A stretch of 64,000 nucleotides of DNA from Candidatus Latescibacterota bacterium (GTDB lineage Bacteria > Latescibacterota > UBA2968 > GCA-2709665): assembly GCA_965116875.1 (NCBI GenBank), contig OZ220733.1, forward strand, positions 483,767-547,766, given 5' to 3'. This document shows, one piece after another, positions 47,628 through 56,082 of this stretch (position 1 is its first letter; every line of letters starts with the position of its first letter). The notes beneath the pieces were generated by a model. That model did no database searches. It was not told the origin of the DNA and saw nothing but the letters and a program-made list of their open reading frames with translations. A program made the translations under genes and the position numbers.

Positions 47628-50498
47628 ATGCCAGGATTACAAAGTTTGCTATTTGCATTCTCTGCGTTCGTCCTACTCTTTCATTGCGGCATAGTATTTG
47701 GATCTCCGCCGATTGAGTACGTCAAGGAACAGCATCCGCCGAAACTGGAAGGCGTACTCGCCCGAATTCAGAAGAACTGGTCGGCGCAGAAACGGGCGCT
47801 GGCCGAGGCGACGGCGAGACAATATAGGGCCGCAAAAATCGTTGGCGAAAACATCACGGTCGTATTGGAGCCCGGCCCCGGAAAGCTCTCAGAAAGCATC
47901 GATTTTACGGCATTGTCCGACCTGGGTGTCAGCGTTGTCGCCCAATCGCAGCACCTAGTGGAGGTATCCGCACCGATAGCCCGCCTTGAGAGGGTGGCAG
48001 AGGTGGATGGCGTGCAATTTGTGAGATTGCCCATAGAGCCGAAAACGCAGACCGTTGTGAGTGAGGGCGTGGATCGCATCAGTGCACAGGTCTTTTCAAA
48101 CAGGGGTTTTACAGGGCGTGGCATTAAGGTAGGGGTAATTGACATCGGTTTCGCGGGGGTTCCGGAGTTAATGAGTCAAGGCGAATTGCCGCAGAATCTA
48201 CCCCCCCAAGATTTCACTAACGCAGGGATTTTTGTTGGCGACGAGGTACATGGATCGGCCTGCGCCGAAATCGTGCACGATATCGCTCCGGATGCTGAAA
48301 TCTACCTGTATGACGTAAAAAACGATGTCCGCTGGCAAATCGCGAAAGAAGCAGCGGTCCAGGAGGGCCTCGACATTGTCTCGGTATCTTTGGTCTTCCC
48401 AGTAATGGGCTTCGGTGACGGAACGGGCCCTGCCTGTGAACTTGTAGATGATGCTTTTAAGAAAGGTGTCTTGTGGGTGAATGCGGCGGGAAATTATGCA
48501 CAATCCCAGATCTTCCAATTGTCAAGTGACCCGGATGGCGATGGGTTTCACAACTTCGAAGGCGAAAATGAAATCGTTTACCTGAAGAATGTCCAAGTAG
48601 GAGATGAAGTAGAAGCATGGCTGAACTGGAATGAATGGCCACTCACGTCTAACGATTACGATCTATTTCTTGTTAAAATCGGGTCGGACGGTGGTATTAC
48701 CGAAGTTGAACGAGCAAATACAGAGCAATCTCGCCATCGGTCACCTCCGTTCGAACGGCTTGTCCATACGATTCGGGACGCAGGAAACTATGGATTTGCC
48801 ATCTGGAGGGCACAGGACTCCAAAGTAACCCAACTTAAGCTGATCAGCACAAACCACGACTTCGACGGGCTACTATCCAGTAAAGGGACCGTGAGCATAC
48901 CCGGGGACGCGGTCGGCGCCCTGACCGTGGGAGCGTTGCATCATCGGGAATGGAAGACAGCGATCGCTGAGTACAGTTCGCAAGGACCTACGTCTGACGG
49001 GCGAATCAAGCCGGATTTGGTTGCTCCTGCTGGTGTCAGTACCATTAGCTACAGCCCCAAGCCATACTTTGGAACATCGGCGGCGACTCCTCATGTCGCC
49101 GGGGCAGCAGCTCTCTTGAAGTCCTCTGATCCCGTCCACTACAATGCGCAGAATCTATATGACGCACTGTTGAGATCGACGATCGACATGGGAGTTCCGG
49201 GCCCCGATAATTTCTATGGACATGGAAGATTGGATTTGTCGCTGCTTTCACCCACGGGCAGACCTGTTATCGAACTTTCGCGTAATGTACTTGATTTCGG
49301 CGCTATCCTGCTGGGATCATCACAGACGCTGGATCTCGGCATAGTCAACACGGGTCCGTCGTCGTTGGTGATTACGGAAATCCTTCTGCCATCCAGTGAT
49401 TTCGGCCTCTCTAAAAGTTCCTTTCCCGTTGCGCCGGGACGCGGCGAGAGGATTTCCGTCACGTTTACCCCTCGGAGTGAGGGAGACAGATCCGGTGATA
49501 TGACGATTTTGAGCAATTTACCGCAAACCAACGTGGCCCTGCGAGCGCGAGGCGTCCGGCAACCCGTTGTTCCTGTTCCACGGATCGCGATGGATGCGTC
49601 CCGACGCGATTTTGGCGGCGTCGAGGTTGGCGACTCAAAGTCAATTGTTGTAACGGTCACGAATTCCGGTGACGCCTCGCTGTCCATTACGGATATCACC
49701 ACCAATGCCAGACGGCTTAGCGTGTCACCCACGCAATTCTCGATTCCAGCAAAGCAAAACGGGTATTTCACGCTTCGTTTCCAGCCAGACAGAGCGGGTG
49801 ATCTGTCAGCACGCGTGACCATTTACAGCAATGATTCCAAGACGCCGGTTGTCGGCTTCCCCATCGTGGGAAAGGGGCTTCGGTCCCAGGCTACCTCTTT
49901 TACGTTATCTCTCGTCGTCGATGCGCCGAAAGACCAGGGTGTGTATTCTTTGCCGTCAGACGGTGTCATTTCCATCGAAATCTTAGGCCAACAGGTTAAG
50001 GACGCCATAGGATTTCGCGCGTTGTTTGATTCCGATACGCCATCCTTCACCTATACGGGTTTCGACATTGGCGACGGCATTCCCAATGGACACTCGCCGG
50101 GGCCCTACTATCCCTCCGGTCCCGCTTCCGTTGAAGTGATGGCGGCATCATTTGGCGGAAGAATCGCTGTGCCGTCCGCAAAACTCGGCACGGTACGTTT
50201 TAGCGTAGCCGATACCCTTCAAAGAGGTCAAATGCGGCTGCGATATGCCCGAATCCGGCGAGCCGGAAAATTCGAAGTATTCACCGATCCTGTCGTATTG
50301 AGATTTTCGAAACAGGGCGGCTTGCCAGCAGACTTCGACGGCGACGGGACCGTCGGGTTCAGCGATTTCTTGCAGTTTGCTGGCGCGTTCGGATCAGGTC
50401 GCGGCGATGCGGGATATGACGCGCGGTACGATCTGGATGGGAATGGCAGCGTCGGGTTCAGCGACTTTGTCATCTTTGCGGGCAGCTTTGGCACGTAG
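47628..50498 (+). CDS. Secreted subtilisin-like (S8) serine protease with Ig-like domains, a possible cohesin-like module and a C-terminal double dockerin
   Basis: Signal peptide MPGLQSLLFAFSAFVLLFHCGIVFG. Catalytic triad contexts VGVIDIGF (Asp), HGSACAEIVHDIAP (His) and GTSAATPHVAGAAALL (Ser). Two choice-of-anchor-D/ASH-like beta-sandwiches (LDFGAILLGSSQTLDLGIVNTG..., RDFGGVEVGDSKSIVVTVTNSG...). Tail DFDGDGTVGFSDFLQFAGAFG...DLDGNGSVGFSDFVIFAGSFGT. Confidence 0.88.
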   Translation: MPGLQSLLFAFSAFVLLFHCGIVFGSPPIEYVKEQHPPKLEGVLARIQKNWSAQKRALAEATARQYRAAKIVGENITVVLEPGPGKLSESIDFTALSDLGVSVVAQSQHLVEVSAPIARLERVAEVDGVQFVRLPIEPKTQTVVSEGVDRISAQVFSNRGFTGRGIKVGVIDIGFAGVPELMSQGELPQNLPPQDFTNAGIFVGDEVHGSACAEIVHDIAPDAEIYLYDVKNDVRWQIAKEAAVQEGLDIVSVSLVFPVMGFGDGTGPACELVDDAFKKGVLWVNAAGNYAQSQIFQLSSDPDGDGFHNFEGENEIVYLKNVQVGDEVEAWLNWNEWPLTSNDYDLFLVKIGSDGGITEVERANTEQSRHRSPPFERLVHTIRDAGNYGFAIWRAQDSKVTQLKLISTNHDFDGLLSSKGTVSIPGDAVGALTVGALHHREWKTAIAEYSSQGPTSDGRIKPDLVAPAGVSTISYSPKPYFGTSAATPHVAGAAALLKSSDPVHYNAQNLYDALLRSTIDMGVPGPDNFYGHGRLDLSLLSPTGRPVIELSRNVLDFGAILLGSSQTLDLGIVNTGPSSLVITEILLPSSDFGLSKSSFPVAPGRGERISVTFTPRSEGDRSGDMTILSNLPQTNVALRARGVRQPVVPVPRIAMDASRRDFGGVEVGDSKSIVVTVTNSGDASLSITDITTNARRLSVSPTQFSIPAKQNGYFTLRFQPDRAGDLSARVTIYSNDSKTPVVGFPIVGKGLRSQATSFTLSLVVDAPKDQGVYSLPSDGVISIEILGQQVKDAIGFRALFDSDTPSFTYTGFDIGDGIPNGHSPGPYYPSGPASVEVMAASFGGRIAVPSAKLGTVRFSVADTLQRGQMRLRYARIRRAGKFEVFTDPVVLRFSKQGGLPADFDGDGTVGFSDFLQFAGAFGSGRGDAGYDARYDLDGNGSVGFSDFVIFAGSFGT

Positions 50499-50808
50499 GA
50501 CTTGATAGAGTGACCAGCGGGTAGCCTGATCGGAGGAGGATCCAATGCGTAAACGCATCTCAGCGTCTGCCCAGATTGCTCTGTGCGTTCAATTTCCGTA
50601 TATTGATTTGACCTACAACGAATGCAGATGGGTTATTTTCCCGTCCCGCTGATTGATGGATAAAACGGCTATTGAGAAAGCCCTGTGACCACCACGATTC
50701 ACACGATTGAAGGTCTCATTCGCATTCGGGGCGATGATTCTGAGAGGCCTGATGTGCCGCGTGCTGTGAACTCGCACGCAAGAAGGTAAATCAGAGAAAG
50801 GATGCGAC

Positions 50809-51045
50809 GTGAAAAATCAGGAAATTACAATTCGCGTATCTCCGGAGGCCGCTCGTTTTTATCAGTCCGCATCATCACAGGATCGTCGAAAATTAAATGT
50901 CTTGTTAAGTCTGCAATTGAGCGGTTTGAGAAAACCGGCACGTCCAATTGAAGACATTATGCGCGAAGCCAGTGAAGAAGCGCGAAAAAATGGATTGACA
51001 TCTGAAATACTGACAGAACTACGCCACCTCATGAATTCCTGCTGA
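50809..51045 (+). CDS. Small hypothetical protein (78 aa), possibly antitoxin/DNA-binding-like
   Basis: GTG start in a low-GC spacer. The sequence ITIRVSPEAARFYQSASSQDRRKLNVLLS is vaguely ribbon-helix-helix-like. No partner toxin ORF is present. Weak call. Confidence 0.35.
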   Translation: MKNQEITIRVSPEAARFYQSASSQDRRKLNVLLSLQLSGLRKPARPIEDIMREASEEARKNGLTSEILTELRHLMNSC

Positions 51046-51061
51046 CGCTTGGTCCCGATGC

Positions 51062-51153
51062 TTAGCAGTCCGTTGATAGAGTCGCTCTGCAGGCCTGCCA
51101 GTGAAGTCCTGGCAGGCAGGTAGCCCGGATAGGCTTTTTCAACGGGCTGTTAG
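51062..51153 (+). repeat. Family-A intergenic palindromic element, long form (copy A3)
   Basis: TTAGCAGTCCGTTGATAGAGTCGCTCTGCAGGCCTGCCAGTGAAGTCCTGGCAGGCAGGTAGCCCGGATAGGCTTTTTCAACGGGCTGTTAG. The inner hairpin is a 9-bp perfect stem, GCCTGCCAG/CTGGCAGGC. Confidence 0.85.
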
Positions 51154-51210
51154 CGTACGGGTAAGCCGTCGTGCAATTGCCCCCGCGGATTGTCGTCGCC
51201 TGAATCCTCC

Positions 51211-52482
51211 ATGGCCCACAGATCAGAAGGACCTTCTGAAACCCCACCCCGATTTCACGGCGCGCTCGCGCCGCTGAACACCCCCGACTACCGCCGTCTG
51301 CTGGCCAGCAACGCCCTCTGGTGGCAGTTCATGTGGATGGAGATCATCGTCGCCGGCTGGCTGGTCCTGGAACTTACGGACTCGGCCTGGCAGGTATCGC
51401 TGATCGGTTTCTACCGCATGGCCCCACTGCTGGTGGTGGGCTTTGTCTCCGGACCCCTCACCGACCGGTTTGGCCGCCGGAAGATCATCATCTTCTCCCA
51501 GGTCGTCAATCTCGTCGTCTCCCTCCTGATCGCCCTGATTATTCTGGCAGACCGCCTCGCTGTGTGGCATCTGGCTGTCGCCGCTCTGGTCATGGGAACA
51601 ACCTGGGCCGTGGACTGGACTGCCCGAAGGTCGTTGCTTCCCGACCTGGTGGGCAGAGCGCGAACCATGGACGCCATGCTCCTCGAGGGAATTTCCCAAA
51701 ACGTCACCCGGGTTGCCGGACCCTTTTCCAGCGGCGCACTCTACGCGACCCTTGGACCCCCTGGCTGTTTTCTGATTCTGACCGGTATTGCCCTGGTTTC
51801 TCTATTGATCCTCCTCCGGCTCTCCAGACAGCCCGTTCTCGAAAGAACACCCACTGACGATTCCCACTGGACCCGGACCGTGGAAGGCCTGCGCTATATC
51901 CGTCGCAATCCGGCGATTCTGGGCGTTACGCTCATTACGGTTGCCATGAACTTCCTGGTCTTTCCCTATCAGGCGCTGCTGCCGGTGTTCGCGAGAGATA
52001 TCCTGAATCAGGGCCCGGTGGGCTTCGGGGTACTCGCATCCGCAAACGGTGTCGGCGCATTCGCCGGTCTCTGGATGGTGAGCAGGCTCCGCCGCTACGT
52101 TGGAATCAGCTGGCTCTATGCGGGCGGCTCGTTTCTGATGGCCGCCGCCGTGGCTGCATTCTCCACTTCGACCGATTTCTATCTTTCGCTGGGGCTCCTC
52201 ACCCTGTCGGGAATCGGCCACGCGGCTTTCGGTCTCCTCCAGAGCACCATCGTCCTGCTGTTGGCGAGGGACGACATGCGAAGCCGCGCGATGGGCGGCA
52301 TCGTCCTTGCAATCGGAACCGGACCGCCGGGCCGACTGAGTACGGGCGCCGTGGCCGAACGCTTCGGTGCGCCATTCGCCGTCTTTGGCACCTGCGCGAT
52401 CGCGTCCCTGTTCGTGGTTGCGGTCACGTTCGCCATGTCGGGGTTCCGGAACGCTTCGGCCGCACAGGAAGCGGATGCATAA
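51211..52482 (+). CDS. MFS transporter (EntS/MFS_3-like)
   Basis: About 12 predicted hydrophobic spans. YRRLLASNALWWQFMWMEIIVAGWLVLELT..., GPLTDRFGRRKIIIF. Track start is TTG at 51190; ATG at 51211. Confidence 0.85.
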   Translation: MAHRSEGPSETPPRFHGALAPLNTPDYRRLLASNALWWQFMWMEIIVAGWLVLELTDSAWQVSLIGFYRMAPLLVVGFVSGPLTDRFGRRKIIIFSQVVNLVVSLLIALIILADRLAVWHLAVAALVMGTTWAVDWTARRSLLPDLVGRARTMDAMLLEGISQNVTRVAGPFSSGALYATLGPPGCFLILTGIALVSLLILLRLSRQPVLERTPTDDSHWTRTVEGLRYIRRNPAILGVTLITVAMNFLVFPYQALLPVFARDILNQGPVGFGVLASANGVGAFAGLWMVSRLRRYVGISWLYAGGSFLMAAAVAAFSTSTDFYLSLGLLTLSGIGHAAFGLLQSTIVLLLARDDMRSRAMGGIVLAIGTGPPGRLSTGAVAERFGAPFAVFGTCAIASLFVVAVTFAMSGFRNASAAQEADA

Positions 52483-52513
52483 AAAAACCGCTCCGGAAGG
52501 GCGGTTTTTTTTG
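52481..52513. terminator. Bidirectional Rho-independent terminator
   Basis: AAAAAAA-CCGCTC-CGGAA-GGGCGG-TTTTTTTT. A GC-rich stem is flanked by an A-run and a T-run, between the convergent MFS (+) and PfkB kinase (-) genes. Confidence 0.8.
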
Positions 52514-52557
52514 TATTCATCATATTTTCAGTCTGTCAGGTACACACGGGCAAGGAA

Positions 52558-53547
52558 TCACAACCCGAGAATCCGCTCTGTCTCATCCTGGAGCGATTCC
52601 TCCAGCCGGGGTCCGTACTGCGCCACCACGCGCATCGACGCGTAGTTCGCCAGCTTTGCCGATTGTGCCGCGTTGAATCCGTGGGTAATCCCGAACAGAT
52701 AGGCTCCGGCGAACATATCCCCCGCGCCGTTCGTGTCGACCGCATCAACGCTGAATCCCGGTGAACGGATCCGTTCGACTCCGTCCCCTACAATGGCGCC
52801 ATTGGCCTCACACGTGACCGCGTATGCACCCACCATCGTCTCCAGTGCAACGCAAGCCTCGTTCGTGTCGCCCGTTTCGGTAAACGCCCGCGCTTCGTCC
52901 TCGTTACAAAACAACAGATCCACCCCGCGGGTTACGAGCGTGTGCATCCGGTCCCCGAACGCGGCCACAATCGAGGGGTCGCTCAGCGACAACGACACCC
53001 GGGTTCCCCCCGCGTGCGCCTCGGCCTGGGCAGCCACCGCCGCGTCGAATCCCTCGTCTGAGGCCACCAGATATCCTTCTATGTACAGATAGTCGCTTTC
53101 CTTTATCACGTCGGGCTCAAGTTGCTCCGGCCCGAACGATCCGGTTATGCCCAGGTATGTATTCATCGTGCGATCGGCGTCGTCCGTGATCATTACCAGA
53201 CACTTCCCTGTAATGCCCGTGCCCTGAAACCGGTTCGAAGCCACCCCGGCCGCCGCCAGGTCCTGGAGATAAAAGTCCCCGTACGCGTCCTTCGCCACCT
53301 TGCATGCGTAGTATGCCTTCCCGCCCAGACTCGCCACGGCGATCATCGAATTCGCAGCGGACCCGCCGGACGAACGTTTCAGGACGTCTTCGCCCAGGTG
53401 TTCGAGGAGTTCGTGATGCCGGTCCTCTTCAATCAATGTCATGACGCCCTTGTCGATTCCGGCCGTGGTGAGAAAGCCGGACGTGACCCGATACTGAATG
53501 TCAACCAGCGCATTGCCGATGCCGTACACGTTAAACGCCCTGGCCAT
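52558..53547 (-). CDS. PfkB-family carbohydrate/nucleoside kinase, adenosine kinase-like
   Basis: FNVYGIGNALVDIQYRV...SSGGSAANSMIAVASLGG...DTNGAGDMFAGAYLFGITHG. Confidence 0.82.
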   Translation of the reverse strand: MARAFNVYGIGNALVDIQYRVTSGFLTTAGIDKGVMTLIEEDRHHELLEHLGEDVLKRSSGGSAANSMIAVASLGGKAYYACKVAKDAYGDFYLQDLAAAGVASNRFQGTGITGKCLVMITDDADRTMNTYLGITGSFGPEQLEPDVIKESDYLYIEGYLVASDEGFDAAVAAQAEAHAGGTRVSLSLSDPSIVAAFGDRMHTLVTRGVDLLFCNEDEARAFTETGDTNEACVALETMVGAYAVTCEANGAIVGDGVERIRSPGFSVDAVDTNGAGDMFAGAYLFGITHGFNAAQSAKLANYASMRVVAQYGPRLEESLQDETERILGL

Positions 53548-53970
53548 ACACGCTCCTTGCAAAATCGGTTGGATTCCGTATCATATTGGCATTCCCGGAT
53601 GCCGCGGTCACGGCGATCGGCGGCGCGGACAGTCGTGTTCAGTTGACAACAGCGAGCAGCAACCCGCACCTCGCGTCATCTCCGGAGACAGGCAGAGGCA
53701 GGTTTGAAACCTGTCCCTGCAAGCCGACTCATTATCTTAACCATAATACAATGCTCAGGAAAAGAAAACCATCTCTTTTGTGGATTATCTGCATTGAGGT
53801 CGTCCGGAATCCGCTGCTGCCCGGGAACGAGGACGATCTGTGACAGGTTTGTCCTTTGTTGTGTTTTTGTGCCTTCTGTGGTCCCTGTCTTTTCGCGGCG
53901 AACCGGAAGAGCGAGACAATAGCCACAAATAAGGAAAGAAGGCGCAGAAGGACTGGAAGCCAAACGGCGG

Positions 53971-54762
53971 GTGAAGAAACGCCTGCAGAAGGAATCAGAT
54001 TTGAGTACGGCGATTTCCTGCAACGTTCGGGACCTGACGATTCTCATCGACGTCGAGGAAGGCGGTAAGAGCGAGGCCTCCAGGAACCACGAACTCTGGC
54101 GGGCGAACTCGTTCAATGAGAAAGAACCCGACACCCTGGACTGGATCGACACCTGGTTCCGGCCCGGCGAGACGATTTACGACGTCGGCGCAAATATCGG
54201 GCAATACTCGCTTTACGCGGCACGCAAACTGGACGGGAAGGCACGGATCCTCGCCTTTGAACCGGAAGCTCTCAATCACGCCAAGTTGAACAAGAACATC
54301 CTGCTCAACGGCCTGGAAGAGGTTGTTACGGCCTATCCGATCGCCATTTCGGACCGTACGGCCATCCAGCATTTCTACTCCAAAACCTTCGCCCCCGGCG
54401 CCGCGCTCCACGCGCTGGGCGAACCCGTAACGCAGGGCGCCGTTCCCTTCGAGCCGCAGAACCGGCAGGGAACGATGGCCGTGTCACTGGACGACCTCAC
54501 CGGCCAGTTCGGCCTTCCATTCCCAAACCACGTCAAGATCGACGTCGACGGCATCGAGGACAGGATTGTCGCCGGCGCGTCGCAAACGCTTGAGGATGAA
54601 AGACTCACGACTGTGCTCATCGAGGTCTATATGTTCGAAAACATGGCCGAAAAGATCGAAACGGCCTTCTTCAAACGGGGTTTCGCCCTGGCCAACGTGA
54701 TCCCGGTCGACTACTCCGAGGGCATCGTTCAGAATCTGATCTTCTGTCGCGACGGAAGGTGA
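53971..54762 (+). CDS. FkbM-family SAM-dependent methyltransferase
   Basis: ETIYDVGANIGQYSLYAARKLDGKARILAFEPEALNHAKLNKNI...HVKIDVDGIEDRIVAGA. Confidence 0.82.
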   Translation: MKKRLQKESDLSTAISCNVRDLTILIDVEEGGKSEASRNHELWRANSFNEKEPDTLDWIDTWFRPGETIYDVGANIGQYSLYAARKLDGKARILAFEPEALNHAKLNKNILLNGLEEVVTAYPIAISDRTAIQHFYSKTFAPGAALHALGEPVTQGAVPFEPQNRQGTMAVSLDDLTGQFGLPFPNHVKIDVDGIEDRIVAGASQTLEDERLTTVLIEVYMFENMAEKIETAFFKRGFALANVIPVDYSEGIVQNLIFCRDGR

Positions 54763-54776
54763 TCCGGGAAGACACC

Positions 54777-56051
54777 ATGACCCTACTCGAGAATGACGTG
54801 CTGGAACGCCGGCGCAGGCGCGCCGCCGGCGTCTTTGGCGACGACCCGCCGATCGTACTCTTCAGCGCCGGAAAGCCCGTTCAGATTCCCGGCGGACAGG
54901 ACCAGACCTATCCGTTCATTCCCTACCCCGAATACTACTGGCTCACAGGTTCGAGACGCTGGGGCGGCGTACTCGCGTTCGATCCGCAGGACGGCTGGAG
55001 ACACTTCGTGCGGCCGATTTCACAGAACGAACGGTTGTGGGAAGGCGGCGGCGAGGACGTCGAAGGCGAGGACGTTGCCGGACTTCAGGGCTGGCTGGAA
55101 AAACGTCCGGGCCGACCCGTCGCGGTCATCGGCGGCAACTTGGACAATGTCAAAAACGACCATCAGCGTGCGGAGGCGCTTCAGGTATCCATCGATGGAA
55201 TCCGCCGCCGGAAGGACGCCGCCGAGATCGCATTGATCGAACGGGCGGCCGCGGCAACAGCAGCCGGCCACGCGAAAGCCCGCGACACCATCCGGCCGGG
55301 TGTGAGCGAACGCCGTATCCGCATAGAAATGGAAGCCGAGATGTTCCGGCACGGCGCCGACGGCGTCGCCTTCGATACGATCGTTGGCGCGGGAACTCAC
55401 GCGGCCGTACTCCACTTCGAACCCGGCGCCAGAACTGTGGAACCCGGCGAGCTGGTCCTCATCGACGCGGGCGCGGCCATCGCAGGCTATGCGGCCGACG
55501 TCACCCGCACCTATCCGGCCGGAGACCGTTTCACGCAGCGGCAGCAGGCCATCTACGACCTCGTCCTTGCCGCCCAGATGGAAGCCATCTCCACGTGCCG
55601 CAAGGACGTTGAATGGCACGAAGTACACCGCGCCGCGGCCGGCGTTATCGCACAGGGGCTTCGTGACCTGGGCATTCTGAAAGGCAAGCCCGACGACCTC
55701 CTCGAGGGCGGCGCCATCTCCCTCTTCCTTCCCCACGGCGTCGGCCACATGGTGGGCCTTGGCGTGCGCGACGTGGGCGGGCGGGCGGCCGGGCGTGAAG
55801 TCAGCGTCTATTGCGGTATCCGGATGCGTCTGGACCTGCCGTTGGAGGAAGACTTCCTGATGACCGTCGAGCCCGGTGTGTATTTCGTTCCGGCGCTGCT
55901 CGACGACCCCGAGCGTCGGGAACGCTTTGCCGGAATGGTCGACTGGGACGCACTGGAACCCTGGCGGCCGGTGGGGGGCGTCCGGATCGAGGACAACGTG
56001 CTCATCACCGCCGCTGAACCCCGCATCCTGACGTCCGAAATCCCCAAGTAA
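54777..56051 (+). CDS. M24-family Xaa-Pro aminopeptidase-like metallopeptidase
   Basis: FDTIVGAG, LIDAGAAIAGYAADVTRTYP, HGVGHMVGLGVRD, EPGVYF, GGVRIEDNVLIT (pita-bread metal ligands). An alternative GTG start at 54759 overlaps the FkbM stop. Confidence 0.85.
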   Translation: MTLLENDVLERRRRRAAGVFGDDPPIVLFSAGKPVQIPGGQDQTYPFIPYPEYYWLTGSRRWGGVLAFDPQDGWRHFVRPISQNERLWEGGGEDVEGEDVAGLQGWLEKRPGRPVAVIGGNLDNVKNDHQRAEALQVSIDGIRRRKDAAEIALIERAAAATAAGHAKARDTIRPGVSERRIRIEMEAEMFRHGADGVAFDTIVGAGTHAAVLHFEPGARTVEPGELVLIDAGAAIAGYAADVTRTYPAGDRFTQRQQAIYDLVLAAQMEAISTCRKDVEWHEVHRAAAGVIAQGLRDLGILKGKPDDLLEGGAISLFLPHGVGHMVGLGVRDVGGRAAGREVSVYCGIRMRLDLPLEEDFLMTVEPGVYFVPALLDDPERRERFAGMVDWDALEPWRPVGGVRIEDNVLITAAEPRILTSEIPK

Positions 56052-56055
56052 TCCT

Positions 56056-56082
56056 TTAGCAGCCCGTTGAAATAGCCCATGC
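56056..56082 (-). repeat. Family-A element, half copy (one arm, inverted orientation)
   Basis: TTAGCAGCCCGTTGAAATAGCCCAT equals the reverse complement of the 3' arm ...ATGGGCTTTTTCAACGGGCTGCTAA with 1 mismatch. The P450 ATG (56079) lies inside it. Confidence 0.65.
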
